64,000 nt of DNA from Chthoniobacteraceae bacterium (GCA_037190965.1 JBBCKI010000048.1:64001-128000), one strand, 5' to 3'. Positions 17,949 to 28,175 are shown, counted from the first letter of the stretch. Translations and numbers: made by a program. Notes: generated by a model not told the origin, from the sequence alone.

Positions 17949-20864
17949 ATGCCCATGATGTCGTTGGACGCCACCATCAAAGCCCAGGGAGAACGGCTTT
18001 TTGCACGCATGTGCCAGCAGCCGCGCGGCTTCTTCTCCAAACGCGGTATCTACGACCGGCTCATGGAGTGGTCGATGCGCGACCCCGCTTTCAAGACGCA
18101 ACTCTTCCGGTTTGTCGATGTGCTCCCCTCCCTGAATTCGGGGGCCGAGATCGTGCGGCATCTGCGTGAGTATCTGGACGCGCAGGCCCGGGTTCTTCAC
18201 CCGTGGCTCGCTTCCGGCTTGCGTACCGCGTCGGTCGCCCCGGCGCTTTCGGCCTGGCTAATCAAAGAGCAAATGGGCACCATGGCCCGCCGGTTTGTCG
18301 CGGGGAAGGACGCCTCCGATCTGTTGCGCCGCTACCGTTCCAACCTCCGCGACGGAATGACGACAACCGTCGATCTTCTCGGCGAGGCGGTCGTCAGCGA
18401 AGCCGAGGCCGAGGCCTTCCTTGCCAGGAATCTTGAAATGCTCGAAACGCTTTCCAAGGCTTTTCCCGAAGGGAGCAAACCGGGCGATCTCAATCTTTCC
18501 GTCAAAATTTCAGCTCTTTCGCCGGAGATCGACCCCCAGGATCCGGAACGCTCCCTGGAAGCCTTGAAAATACGCCTCCGGCCCATTCTCCGACGGGCCG
18601 CCGCCTCCGGGGCGTTCATCAACTTTGACATGGAAAGCTACCGCTTGAAGGACCTGACACTGGCCCTCTTCAAATCGGTGCTCGAAGAGCCCGAATTCCG
18701 CTCGGGCCCCGCGGCAGGAATTGCTCTTCAGGCTTATTTGCGGGATTGCGAGGCCGATCTGCTGGATTTGATCCGGTGGACCAGAGAGCAAGAGCGAAAG
18801 ATTGGCGTGCGACTCGTCAAGGGAGCCTACTGGGATTACGAATCGATCACCGCCCGGCAAAAACATTGGCCTGTTCCCGTCTGGGAAAGCAAACCGGAGA
18901 GCGATGCCTGCTTCGAGGCGCTCTCCCTGCTTCTGCTGGAGAACATCGACACCGTGGAACCGGCGTTTGCTTCGCATAATGTTCGGAGCGTCGCCCATGC
19001 CATTGCCCAGGCCGAACGCCTCGGGATCGCCCCCGGAGCTTACGAATTCCAGGCGCTCTACGGCATGGCGGACGACCTGAAACGCGCATTGATCGAGGAA
19101 GGATTCCGTGTGCGGGAGTATTGCCCAGTGGGCGAACTGCTGCCCGGGATGGCTTACCTTGTGAGGCGGCTGCTTGAAAACACGAGCAATGAAGGGTTTC
19201 TGAGGGCATGGGATCGCGGGGAAGCGGAGATTGACGAACTGCTCCGCGATCCACGCGATCGTCTGGTCCAGCCGCCGCCGCGACCCACATCGTCCCCTTC
19301 GGCACGCGACAGGTTCATTAACGCGCCCAACACCGATTTCACCCGCCCTGAGGCTCGCATGCGCTTCCGAAAAGCCCTTGCGGCGATCGATTCCGGTCGT
19401 GGAAAACATCATCCGCTGGTGATCGGAGGGCAACGGCGCCCGGGGAGTGGCGCCGTGCCATCGGCCAATCCCGCGCGGCCGAAGGAGATTCTCGGCACCT
19501 GGAGCCGTGCGACTCCCGCCGATGCGGAGGCAGCCGTCAAGGCAGCCCGGCTCGCGCAACCCACTTGGGAGGCGACCCCGCAGGAGGACCGTTCGGCAAT
19601 CCTCGAACGCGCCGCTTCCCTGATGGAAGAGAAACGTTTCGAACTGGCGGCGCTGGAGGTTCGGGAGGCCGGGAAACCATGGGGCGAGGCCGACGCCGAC
19701 GTGAGCGAAGCCATCGACTTCTGCCGTTTCTACGCGACGCAGATGCGGCGAAGAGTCCCCGCCCTCACCCAGAACACCCCCGGTGAGTGGAACCTGCAAC
19801 TTTACAAACCGCGCGGGGTCGGCGTGGTCATCGCCCCTTGGAATTTCCCGCTCGCGATCCTCTGCGGGATGAGCGTGGCCCCGCTCGTGGCTGGGAACAC
19901 GGTCATCATGAAACCGGCGGAACAGACCTCGCTCGTTGCCGCCGCGTTCATGGAGATCCTGGAAGCCGCGGGAGTGCCCGCCGGAGTGGCAAACCTCTTG
20001 ACCGGCATGGGCGAAGAGGTCGGCGCGCTGCTCGTGGAGCATCCACAGGTGGATTTCATCGCCTTCACCGGCTCGCGGGCCGTCGGCACGCAGATCTGGG
20101 AAAAGGCGGGCCGGACTCTGCCCGGACAGGCCAGTCTCAAGAAAGTCGTCTGCGAAATGGGCGGAAAGAATCCGCTGATCATCGACGATTCCGCGGATCT
20201 CGACGAAGCCATCCCCGCCGCCCTCCACTCCGCTTTCGGATACAGCGGGCAAAAGTGCTCCGCGCTCTCCCGCCTGATCGTACTGGATGGCATTTACGAT
20301 CGATTCGTAAGTCGCTTTGTGGCTGGGGCGGCCTCCGTCCCGGTGGGCGATCCCGGGGAACCGGGAACGGTAATCAGCCCGGTCATCGACGAGGAAGCCC
20401 AGTTGAGAATCCTGAGCGTCATCGAACGCGGAAAGAAAGAGGCGCAAATTCTCTTCCAGGGGGAAGCGCCCGCCGCCGGCTATTTCGTCCCGCCCACCAT
20501 TTTCGGGAACGTAAAACCGGGCTCATTTCTCGAACGGGAGGAGATCTTTGGCCCGGTGGTCGCGGTCATCCGGGCGGCGACCCTGACCGAAGCCTTCGCC
20601 ATTGCCAACGATACCCCGTACGCATTGACCGCGGGGGTTTTCTCGCGCACGCCGAGCACCCTTGAACGGGCCAGGCGCGAGATTCTCGCCGGGAATCTCT
20701 ATCTCAACCGGGGGATCACCGGCGCGCTGGTGGAGCGCCAGCCCTTCGGCGGCTTCAAAATGAGCGGCGGCGGAACGCAGGCGGGAGGCCAGGGCTATCT
20801 GGACAATTTCCTCATCCCCCGGGTGATTACGGAAAACATCGTCCGGCGCGGGTTTGCGGAGTAA
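17949..20864 (+). CDS. putA: bifunctional proline dehydrogenase / P5C dehydrogenase
   Basis: FRFVDVLP, RLVKGAYWD, ASHN, YLVRRLLEN, PWNFP, EMGGKN, GQKCSA and EEIFGP motifs. The ORF-track start at 17808 falls inside the repeat. Confidence 0.96.
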   Translation: MPMMSLDATIKAQGERLFARMCQQPRGFFSKRGIYDRLMEWSMRDPAFKTQLFRFVDVLPSLNSGAEIVRHLREYLDAQARVLHPWLASGLRTASVAPALSAWLIKEQMGTMARRFVAGKDASDLLRRYRSNLRDGMTTTVDLLGEAVVSEAEAEAFLARNLEMLETLSKAFPEGSKPGDLNLSVKISALSPEIDPQDPERSLEALKIRLRPILRRAAASGAFINFDMESYRLKDLTLALFKSVLEEPEFRSGPAAGIALQAYLRDCEADLLDLIRWTREQERKIGVRLVKGAYWDYESITARQKHWPVPVWESKPESDACFEALSLLLLENIDTVEPAFASHNVRSVAHAIAQAERLGIAPGAYEFQALYGMADDLKRALIEEGFRVREYCPVGELLPGMAYLVRRLLENTSNEGFLRAWDRGEAEIDELLRDPRDRLVQPPPRPTSSPSARDRFINAPNTDFTRPEARMRFRKALAAIDSGRGKHHPLVIGGQRRPGSGAVPSANPARPKEILGTWSRATPADAEAAVKAARLAQPTWEATPQEDRSAILERAASLMEEKRFELAALEVREAGKPWGEADADVSEAIDFCRFYATQMRRRVPALTQNTPGEWNLQLYKPRGVGVVIAPWNFPLAILCGMSVAPLVAGNTVIMKPAEQTSLVAAAFMEILEAAGVPAGVANLLTGMGEEVGALLVEHPQVDFIAFTGSRAVGTQIWEKAGRTLPGQASLKKVVCEMGGKNPLIIDDSADLDEAIPAALHSAFGYSGQKCSALSRLIVLDGIYDRFVSRFVAGAASVPVGDPGEPGTVISPVIDEEAQLRILSVIERGKKEAQILFQGEAPAAGYFVPPTIFGNVKPGSFLEREEIFGPVVAVIRAATLTEAFAIANDTPYALTAGVFSRTPSTLERARREILAGNLYLNRGITGALVERQPFGGFKMSGGGTQAGGQGYLDNFLIPRVITENIVRRGFAE

Positions 20865-20865
20865 C

Positions 20866-20901
20866 AAAAACGGCGCCGGACCTCCTGGAGATCCGGCGCC
20901 G
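20866..20901. terminator. hairpin terminator between convergent genes
   Basis: CGGCGCCGGA...TCCGGCGCCG with an A-run on the left. Confidence 0.65.
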
Positions 20902-20926
20902 CGACGTTTCAAATTTTTCCCAGGGA

Positions 20927-23347
20927 TCAACCGCCCCGTTTGAACTCCATCCGGCTGAGGCGTTTCAACTGGATCAGGGCGAACCCGACAAGCAGGGAAC
21001 CGAGGATCCACGCCATGGCCGTTGCCGGGCCGAACTGGAGGAACATGAAGGCCTGGTAAAAGATCCGCAGCGCGGCGACTTCCGTGATGGCGTTGGGGCC
21101 ACCCGCCGTCATGATGAGGATATTCTGGGAGGCCTGGAAGGCCCCCATGACCGCGCCGATGAAGTTGATCGCAATCAATGGGAGCAACGCAGGGACGACG
21201 ATGTGGAAGGTCTTGCGCCAGAACCCGGCTCCGTCGATCTCCGAGGCTTCAAACTGCTCCTCGGGAATCGTCTTGAGGGCGGCGAGATAAATCAGACAGC
21301 CGGGACCCGCCCCTGCCCAGACGCCGGGCAAAACACAAGAGATCATGGCAAAAGCCGGATCCTCCGGCCAGGCGCGACGGATGTGGATCCCCACGGCATC
21401 GAGCATGGTGTTGATCACGCCATTGACGGCGAAAAACTCTTTCCACAAGACGAAGACCGCCGTGCCGGTTAACAGCGCGGGGAGGTAATAGAGCGTCCGG
21501 AAGAGAAGCTTGTGCCTCGGCACAACGTGAAGCAGATAGGCCAGCGTGATCGGCACGCAGAACCCGACCGTCAGCATCCAGAAAGCAAAATGGAACGTGG
21601 CCAGCATCGAAGACCAGAAGCGTTTGTCGAACAGGGTGTTGGCAAAGTTGTCGATGCCGACAAAGGTTGACTTCAGCATGATCTGGTAATCCAGCAGCGA
21701 CATCCACGCCCCTCTTGCAAGCGGGAGGTAAGACCAGGTGAAGGCCAGGCCCAGCGGGATGATCAACATCCCCCAGGCGATGAACTTCGCCTTGCCGCGC
21801 ACGCGACTGGTTGCGGCCCCCGCCTCCGAAAAGGATTTGAAGATCACCCGGCCGACCAACACAAAGGCCCCGATGATCACCAATACGACGACCCAGCCGA
21901 CCCCGCGACGCTGCGCCATCTTCTCCGGCGGGACGATGCCGAGCATCCGTTCGTCAGTCGCCTTGACGGCGGTATCGAGGATTCGCTTGATCTCCTCCTT
22001 GACGGCTTTCTTGTCACCCGTCTTCCACGAATTGGCAATTTTCGAACTCAGCAAAATCTGGTCGAGCGGATAGGTCATCTCGAGATAAACGAGGTCGCAA
22101 TTTTTGCCGTAGGGCTCGGGCTTCCCGTTCGCCATGGCGATCTTGAACTCTTCCTCGGTGCCGGGCGGCACCATCTCAAGGAAAGAGGTGAACCCGAAAC
22201 GCCGCAAATCAACCGGGTTGATGACGTTGGCTGTGCCGAGTTCGACTAGCGCTTCGGTTCGGATCCGCTGCGCCTCGTCGCTACCGTAGAAGTTAATGTA
22301 TTCCCAGGCGGCAGCCCGCACTTTGGGGTCTTTGACTCCGGCAAAGATCCCCATCATCCCGGCGTTGACCTCCGAGCCGCGAATTCCTGTCGGCCCCTTC
22401 GGGACCGCTCCGAATCCCCAGACGTTGGGGTCGAAGCTCATAGAGGCTCCGATGTACCCGAAGGTCATTCCAATATAACGGCTTTCGGCCGAATTAATCT
22501 GCGTTCCAGCGTCGGTGGCCCTGGTGGCAATCCGATCTCCCTCGACCAACTGGTAATAGAACTCGAAAGCGTCAACCGCCGCGTCGGAATTGAACACAGC
22601 GCGCCACTCGTTCTTCTCGATCTCCTCCACGGCCTCTCCCCCGGTGGACCAGAGGAAGTTCATGAGGTTCCAGGAAGCCTGCTGCCCCGCGTTCAACAGC
22701 AACGGCTTGTTCCGAGGGTTGACGGCCTTGATCTTTCTGGAGAACTCCACCAACTCGTCCCAGTCTTTGGGTGTGCGCTGAGGAAGCCCTACCTGCCGGA
22801 ACAGACTCCGGTTGAAGTAGAGACCCATGACATAGTAGCGATACGGCAGCGCATAAGTACGGGTTTCATTATCAGGGCCGGGCCGACGAATTACGTCCTC
22901 GATCTGCGGAAGAATATGCTCCCCTTTCCACCCCGGATTTCCGGCGGTCTCTTTCTCGATGAACTCGTCGAGCGGATAGAGAATCCCCTGCCGGACATAA
23001 CTGTCGATCTTCCGGAAGTTGACGTAGAGAACATCGGGGGAGATGCCACCCGCGATCATCATCAATGGGCCGATCTCGCTCCCCATGCCTTCAACCTTCA
23101 GCCCGGTGACTGATTTAAGCTCAATATGCGAATACTTCTTGCTGAAAGCCTCCAGCACCCGCAAGTCGGCAATGTCGGTGGAACTGGTACTCCCCGGATT
23201 TGGGAGGCCAAACACCTTTACGACGGTTTTTTCGGAGTTTTCCTTCCCCGGACGCTCGGCGGCACACACGCCGGCACCGGTGAAAAAGGCGGCCAAGAGC
23301 AGCAGAGCCTTACGGACAGGGGCCGCAAAATTTGCAAATCGGTTCAT
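20927..23347 (-). CDS. sugar solute-binding protein fused to an ABC permease
   Basis: Signal peptide, family-1 SBP domain (PDV...LYPLDEF, YALP, LYFNRSLF, PKDWDEL), then TM helices with the EAA loop IPEEQFEASEIDGA. Confidence 0.88.
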   Translation of the reverse strand: MNRFANFAAPVRKALLLLAAFFTGAGVCAAERPGKENSEKTVVKVFGLPNPGSTSSTDIADLRVLEAFSKKYSHIELKSVTGLKVEGMGSEIGPLMMIAGGISPDVLYVNFRKIDSYVRQGILYPLDEFIEKETAGNPGWKGEHILPQIEDVIRRPGPDNETRTYALPYRYYVMGLYFNRSLFRQVGLPQRTPKDWDELVEFSRKIKAVNPRNKPLLLNAGQQASWNLMNFLWSTGGEAVEEIEKNEWRAVFNSDAAVDAFEFYYQLVEGDRIATRATDAGTQINSAESRYIGMTFGYIGASMSFDPNVWGFGAVPKGPTGIRGSEVNAGMMGIFAGVKDPKVRAAAWEYINFYGSDEAQRIRTEALVELGTANVINPVDLRRFGFTSFLEMVPPGTEEEFKIAMANGKPEPYGKNCDLVYLEMTYPLDQILLSSKIANSWKTGDKKAVKEEIKRILDTAVKATDERMLGIVPPEKMAQRRGVGWVVVLVIIGAFVLVGRVIFKSFSEAGAATSRVRGKAKFIAWGMLIIPLGLAFTWSYLPLARGAWMSLLDYQIMLKSTFVGIDNFANTLFDKRFWSSMLATFHFAFWMLTVGFCVPITLAYLLHVVPRHKLLFRTLYYLPALLTGTAVFVLWKEFFAVNGVINTMLDAVGIHIRRAWPEDPAFAMISCVLPGVWAGAGPGCLIYLAALKTIPEEQFEASEIDGAGFWRKTFHIVVPALLPLIAINFIGAVMGAFQASQNILIMTAGGPNAITEVAALRIFYQAFMFLQFGPATAMAWILGSLLVGFALIQLKRLSRMEFKRGG

Positions 23348-23364
23348 ACAGTGATGCAAAGAGA

Positions 23365-25113
23365 TTATTTATCCGAAGGAACGACAATCCCTCGCAGGAT
23401 GACATTCTGCGCGCAAAGGAAGACAATCAGCGTCGGGACGGCGGTGATAAGAAGCGAAGCGTAAATGATTCCCGGCCCGGCACTCTGCCTCAACTGGTAA
23501 ATCCAGACCATCAAGGTCCACATCTCCGGGTCAGGCGCCAGGATAAGGGCAAAGAAGAAGGCGCCATAAGCGGAGATGAACGCTCCAAGGGCGATCACCG
23601 CGAGAATCGGGCGGGAGAGGTTCATGGTGATCCCCCAGAAAATCTGCCACTCGCTGGCCCCGTCGATATCCGCCGCCTCGTAAAGTTCCTTGGGGAGGCT
23701 GTCGAAGAAGCCCTTTAGCAGGAAAATGGAGAAGCCGTTCACCAACCCCGGCAGCACCAGCGCGCCGAAGGTGTTCAGAAGGCCGAATTCCTTGAGTTGC
23801 AGGAAGTTTGGAATCATGGCCACCTCAGCGGGGAAGGCAATGGTGGCAAGGAAAAAGAGGAGCACGTGATAGCTCTGCGGGAGCTTGTAGCGCGACAGGG
23901 CATACGCGGCCATGGGATTGATCGTGAGCGCACCGAGCACTGAAAGACCGATGAGAATGAGCGTATTCTTCACGCCATTCCCCTGAATCAACACCTCGTC
24001 AATCACGTCGAGGTAGTTCTGACAGACAAACCGCCAGCGCCAGAATCCCTTCTCGTTCTGGAAGTTCTCCCAGTCGAGCGCCATTTGCGGGATGCGGGCG
24101 TCGGCGACGCCGCGTTTCGCCGCCCACTCCGCGAACGCAATGTCGATGCTGCGGACACGGACATCCTGAGCCGTTGCCTTTATCGAGATGAACTCCTTCT
24201 TGGACATCCCTGCTGCGATCCGGGCCGCCTCCCCGGAGGGCGTCAACTCGACGAAAGAGGGGTTAAGCAGTTTTTTGACAAAGGAAAACCATGGGACACT
24301 GGCTCCGCCTTCCGGGGCGGTGCCGGGAAACGGGATCTCCGAATAGGAATGATACTGGGTCCCCGCCGTCTTGTTGTAGGCCTCAATTCCACCCTTGGAA
24401 TCGGAGTCCGCCCCTTCCGTTTTGACATCGCTGGCCTCGCCATAGAGCCGCACGAGATAAACCGAGCGATAGAAATTCCCGACGTTCCAGATCAGGCGAT
24501 GGCTTTCAGGAACGGTTTCGAGATACTCCAGAAATTTCCCCGTCAGGGCCGAATCGGTGTCCGGCTTGAAAACCCTCGCCTGCACGGGCGGTATAATACT
24601 GGTCGAGTGAACAACCTGGATCGAGAGCGCCTCATTGAGCTTGTCGAGGCTGCCGTATTGATCGAGCAACCAGATGCGGAAATTCCGGTTGTGGTAACCG
24701 GCGTCGCGCTTGTTCATCCGCGTGAAGGAGAGGCCGGCGTCGGTTCCCTTCAGAGGGCCATGCTCAGCCTTGAACTCCTGCCAGAGCTTCATCTGCTCCG
24801 GCGGAGCCGGAGGCACGGGGTAAACCGGCGCGTAGAAATCGACGCTCGAGGAGTTCGTCGCCATCGCGAAGTTCTCCAACGAACCGCCGTACTTCGCATC
24901 GACATACCGTCCCCAAAGGGCCTCTTCCTTAAAGAGAAACCGGGGATAGAAAGAAAACGTCTGCGCGTCATAAGGACCGGAGGTGGAACCGGTCACCGTC
25001 ACCAACAACGGCAGCACCATTGTCAGCGCGCCCAGAATCAGCAGTCCGTAAATGGAGGCGAAAAGAAACCGCACGGTGGCGGAGCGTTCCGTAATGGGGG
25101 AAAAAAAACTCAT
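23365..25113 (-). CDS. carbohydrate ABC permease (MalG-like) with a large extracytoplasmic insert
   Basis: AAYALSRY, LKGFFDSLPKELYEAADIDGA EAA motif; about 300-aa soluble insert after TM1. Confidence 0.9.
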   Translation of the reverse strand: MSFFSPITERSATVRFLFASIYGLLILGALTMVLPLLVTVTGSTSGPYDAQTFSFYPRFLFKEEALWGRYVDAKYGGSLENFAMATNSSSVDFYAPVYPVPPAPPEQMKLWQEFKAEHGPLKGTDAGLSFTRMNKRDAGYHNRNFRIWLLDQYGSLDKLNEALSIQVVHSTSIIPPVQARVFKPDTDSALTGKFLEYLETVPESHRLIWNVGNFYRSVYLVRLYGEASDVKTEGADSDSKGGIEAYNKTAGTQYHSYSEIPFPGTAPEGGASVPWFSFVKKLLNPSFVELTPSGEAARIAAGMSKKEFISIKATAQDVRVRSIDIAFAEWAAKRGVADARIPQMALDWENFQNEKGFWRWRFVCQNYLDVIDEVLIQGNGVKNTLILIGLSVLGALTINPMAAYALSRYKLPQSYHVLLFFLATIAFPAEVAMIPNFLQLKEFGLLNTFGALVLPGLVNGFSIFLLKGFFDSLPKELYEAADIDGASEWQIFWGITMNLSRPILAVIALGAFISAYGAFFFALILAPDPEMWTLMVWIYQLRQSAGPGIIYASLLITAVPTLIVFLCAQNVILRGIVVPSDK

Positions 25114-25309
25114 TTCGTAAATTCAAAGGGAGGGGAACCCCCTGGTGTAAAACCAACAGGCCGGCTGTTTTACCATCCCTCAGCCCAGCCACAAATCAAT
25201 TTTCCTGATGTTGACCTTAAAATTTTCAACCTGAATTCCGATGCCGGAGCGGATGATCTTGTGCAATCGCCGCGAGCAACTTCGGAATTCAGGTTTAACA
25301 CCGGGAGAA

Positions 25310-26209
25310 TCACCCGCCGTGCACTCCTCGTCTGGTCTCCCGCGGAGTGCTTCCAGCCCAGCGTCGAAAGGCCCGGCTGAAATAGCTGGGATCCCGGAAA
25401 CCGGCTGCTTCGCTAACCTCCGCGATATTCAAAGTGGAGTTCTCCAACAGCACCTGGGCCCGCATCAAACGCTGGCCATTGATATAAGCCTGCAGGGTGC
25501 CGCCCGTTGTTTTCCGGAAAAGCTGGGAGAGATAGTCGGCGCTGCATTGAAGCTCCCGCGCCAGGCGCGCAACGGAGAGATCAGGGTCGGCCAGGAGTTG
25601 AATGACCCAGTGCCTTGCCTGGGTCACCTTGAAGGGCTCCCTTCGGGAGGGCGCGCTGGATCCCTCCAACGCCGCCAGCAGTAGGGAAAGATGAGCAAGC
25701 ATCAACCCCTTCAACCCGATGAGACGAGCCGATCCGGAGGAATGGGCCAGTTCAGCCGCCTCATCCAGCAACGCGACAACGCCCGGCCCGATCTTGCCAA
25801 TCGAGCTGCCGACAACCCCGACCGGGACCCCCCGGGGCTTTTCGTGAGCAAGATGGAAGTACCCCTCGCGGGCAAACATAAAGACCAGATTCGCGAAGGG
25901 CCCCTGCCAGGCTCGCACCCGCTCGAAATGCGGCATCCCACGGGGCACCAAACAAATCTCACCGGGGCCGACCCGGATTTTTTCCTCGGGAAATTCAAAA
26001 ACCGTCACCCCCGACAATTGAATAAATAATTCGGGATGGAGGTGAAACACCTTCCCAGGGAGGAGCCGCATCACTCCCCGCAACCTGGGGATTCGCACCG
26101 GAATTCGCCCCGCGTCCATTTCCCCAATCCAGCGCCGAAGAGTCTCACGGGTGAAATCACGCAATTCGTTTTCCGTGGAAGGCGAACCTTTGGAGGCGAA
26201 AATCGACAC
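25310..26209 (-). CDS. AraC family transcriptional regulator
   Basis: Cupin (HLHPELFIQLSG...PH) plus C-terminal AGFRDPSYFSRAFRR. Confidence 0.92.
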   Translation of the reverse strand: MSIFASKGSPSTENELRDFTRETLRRWIGEMDAGRIPVRIPRLRGVMRLLPGKVFHLHPELFIQLSGVTVFEFPEEKIRVGPGEICLVPRGMPHFERVRAWQGPFANLVFMFAREGYFHLAHEKPRGVPVGVVGSSIGKIGPGVVALLDEAAELAHSSGSARLIGLKGLMLAHLSLLLAALEGSSAPSRREPFKVTQARHWVIQLLADPDLSVARLARELQCSADYLSQLFRKTTGGTLQAYINGQRLMRAQVLLENSTLNIAEVSEAAGFRDPSYFSRAFRRWAGSTPRETRRGVHGG

Positions 26210-26366
26210 CTCGGATATGTCCTATTTTTAGGAGGGATTGTCCAAACAATCCTGATTGAGACCTGCTTGCGACGGGATTAATACAGAAGGAAAGTGAAAC
26301 TTCCCCCGCCCGCGCTTCATCGCGAGTAAGAAAGGATAAATTCTAATCCAACCTGTCATCCAACCC

Positions 26367-27107
26367 ATGAGCACGCCCAGGCCCATTCAAGTCACCATCT
26401 GGAACGAGTACCGCCACGAGAAAAAGAACGAAGCCATCCGGAAAATTTATCCCGAAGGAATGCACCGCACCCTGGCGGACGCCCTCGGGAAGCACGCAGA
26501 CTTTTGCGTGCGGACGGCCACCCTCGACGAACCGGAGCATGGCCTCACCGCCGAGGTCCTCGACGATACCGATGTCCTCCTCTGGTGGGGGCATATCGCC
26601 CATGCCGAAGTCAGCGACGAAGTCGTCAACCGCGTGCAAAAGCGCGTGTTGGAGGGGATGGGGCTGATCGTGCTCCACTCAGGGCACTATTCGAAGATCT
26701 TCAAGCGACTGATGGGCACCACCTGCTCGCTACGCTGGCGGGAGTCGACCGACAAGGAGCGGCTCTGGAATCTGGAACCCGGCCACCCCATCACCCAGGG
26801 GATCGGCGACACCATCGAACTGCCGCGCCATGAGATGTACGGAGAACGCTTCGACATCCCGACCCCCGACGAGTTGATCTTCGTCTCCTGGTTCAGCGGC
26901 GGGGAGATCTTCCGGAGCGGCTGCACCTGGCGGCGAGGCCACGGGAAAGTCTTCTATTTCAGCCCGGGCCACGAAACCTACCCGATCTATCATAACGCGC
27001 AGATCCAGCAGGTCATCACCAATGCGGTTCGCTGGGCAAAGCCGCAGGTGCGCATCGCCGATGCCGCCCCGCGGGTCGAGCCGCGCGAAATCCTTCCCGC
27101 AGAATAA
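26367..27107 (+). CDS. thuA: ThuA-family (trehalose utilisation) protein
   Basis: [35 protein letters not shown] and FSPGHETYP motifs. Confidence 0.9.
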   Translation: MSTPRPIQVTIWNEYRHEKKNEAIRKIYPEGMHRTLADALGKHADFCVRTATLDEPEHGLTAEVLDDTDVLLWWGHIAHAEVSDEVVNRVQKRVLEGMGLIVLHSGHYSKIFKRLMGTTCSLRWRESTDKERLWNLEPGHPITQGIGDTIELPRHEMYGERFDIPTPDELIFVSWFSGGEIFRSGCTWRRGHGKVFYFSPGHETYPIYHNAQIQQVITNAVRWAKPQVRIADAAPRVEPREILPAE

Positions 27108-27125
27108 ACTCCCGATTCATAGACC

Positions 27126-28166
27126 ATGAAAAAACTTAAAGTCGGCGTGATCGGACTCGGCATGGGCCGGTTCCATCTACTCGAATACAAAAACCACCCG
27201 CAGGTTGAACTGGCGGCGGTGGCGGATCTCGATGAAAAACGATTGGCCAATGCCGTCACCGAGTGCGGTGTCGCACGGACCTACACCTCCGCCGAGGAGA
27301 TGTTGGAAAAAGAATCGCTCGACCTCGTCAGCATCTGCACCCCCAACAAATTCCACAAGCCGCTGACCGTCGCGGCTCTTCGCGCCGGATGCCATGTGCT
27401 TTGCGAGAAGCCGATGGCAATGAACGCGACTGAAGCCCGGGAGATGCTGGAGGCAGCGCGCAAGGCGGATCGCCGCCTGATGATCAACTTCTCCTATCGA
27501 TTCAGCGACCAGAGCTTCGCGCTCAAAAAGCAGGTGGAAAGCGGCATCCTCGGCGACATCTACTTCGGGCGGTCGATCTGGCATCGCCGCCGTGGCATTC
27601 CCGGCTTTGGCGGATGGTTCGGCATCAAAGAGCTCTCCGGCGGCGGCCCGCTGATCGATCTTGGCGTCCATCGGCTCGACCTCGCTCTCTGGCTCATGGG
27701 CTACCCGAAGCCGACCTGGGTGATGGGCTCCGCCTACGACCCGATCGCCCGGGAACTGGCCGCAAAAGAAGGAAAGAAGTTCGACGTCGAAGATCTCGCC
27801 GCCGCCTGCATCAAGTTTGAAAACGGGGCGACGCTGATGATCGAGGCTTCATGGGCTTCCAATTCGAAAAAGAACGAACAGATGGAAACGATTCTCTTCG
27901 GAACCAAGGGCGGGCTTACCCAGCGGAACGTTGGCGAAGGATATGGATCATTCGAAGCCGAGATCCACCTGGAATCCCAGGGCTGCCAGTTCGACATGAA
28001 GCTTCACCCTCCAGTGCCTGCGGCCAAGAAATCGATGATCCATTTTGTGGACGCCATTCTCAACAATGAGCCGCACATCGCCACCGGCGAAGAAGGCCTC
28101 ATCGTGATGGAGATTCTCGACGCGATCTATGAGAGCGCGAGAACCGGCGCGCCGGTGAAGATCTAG
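27126..28166 (+). CDS. Gfo/Idh/MocA family NAD(P)-dependent oxidoreductase
   Basis: GVIGLGMG, HVLCEKPMA and GGGPLIDLGVH motifs. Confidence 0.93.
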   Translation: MKKLKVGVIGLGMGRFHLLEYKNHPQVELAAVADLDEKRLANAVTECGVARTYTSAEEMLEKESLDLVSICTPNKFHKPLTVAALRAGCHVLCEKPMAMNATEAREMLEAARKADRRLMINFSYRFSDQSFALKKQVESGILGDIYFGRSIWHRRRGIPGFGGWFGIKELSGGGPLIDLGVHRLDLALWLMGYPKPTWVMGSAYDPIARELAAKEGKKFDVEDLAAACIKFENGATLMIEASWASNSKKNEQMETILFGTKGGLTQRNVGEGYGSFEAEIHLESQGCQFDMKLHPPVPAAKKSMIHFVDAILNNEPHIATGEEGLIVMEILDAIYESARTGAPVKI

Positions 28167-28175
28167 GAGAAAATC

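Noticed and set aside
18510..20447. 645-aa minus-strand ORF
   Set aside because: Antisense to putA, with no protein motifs.
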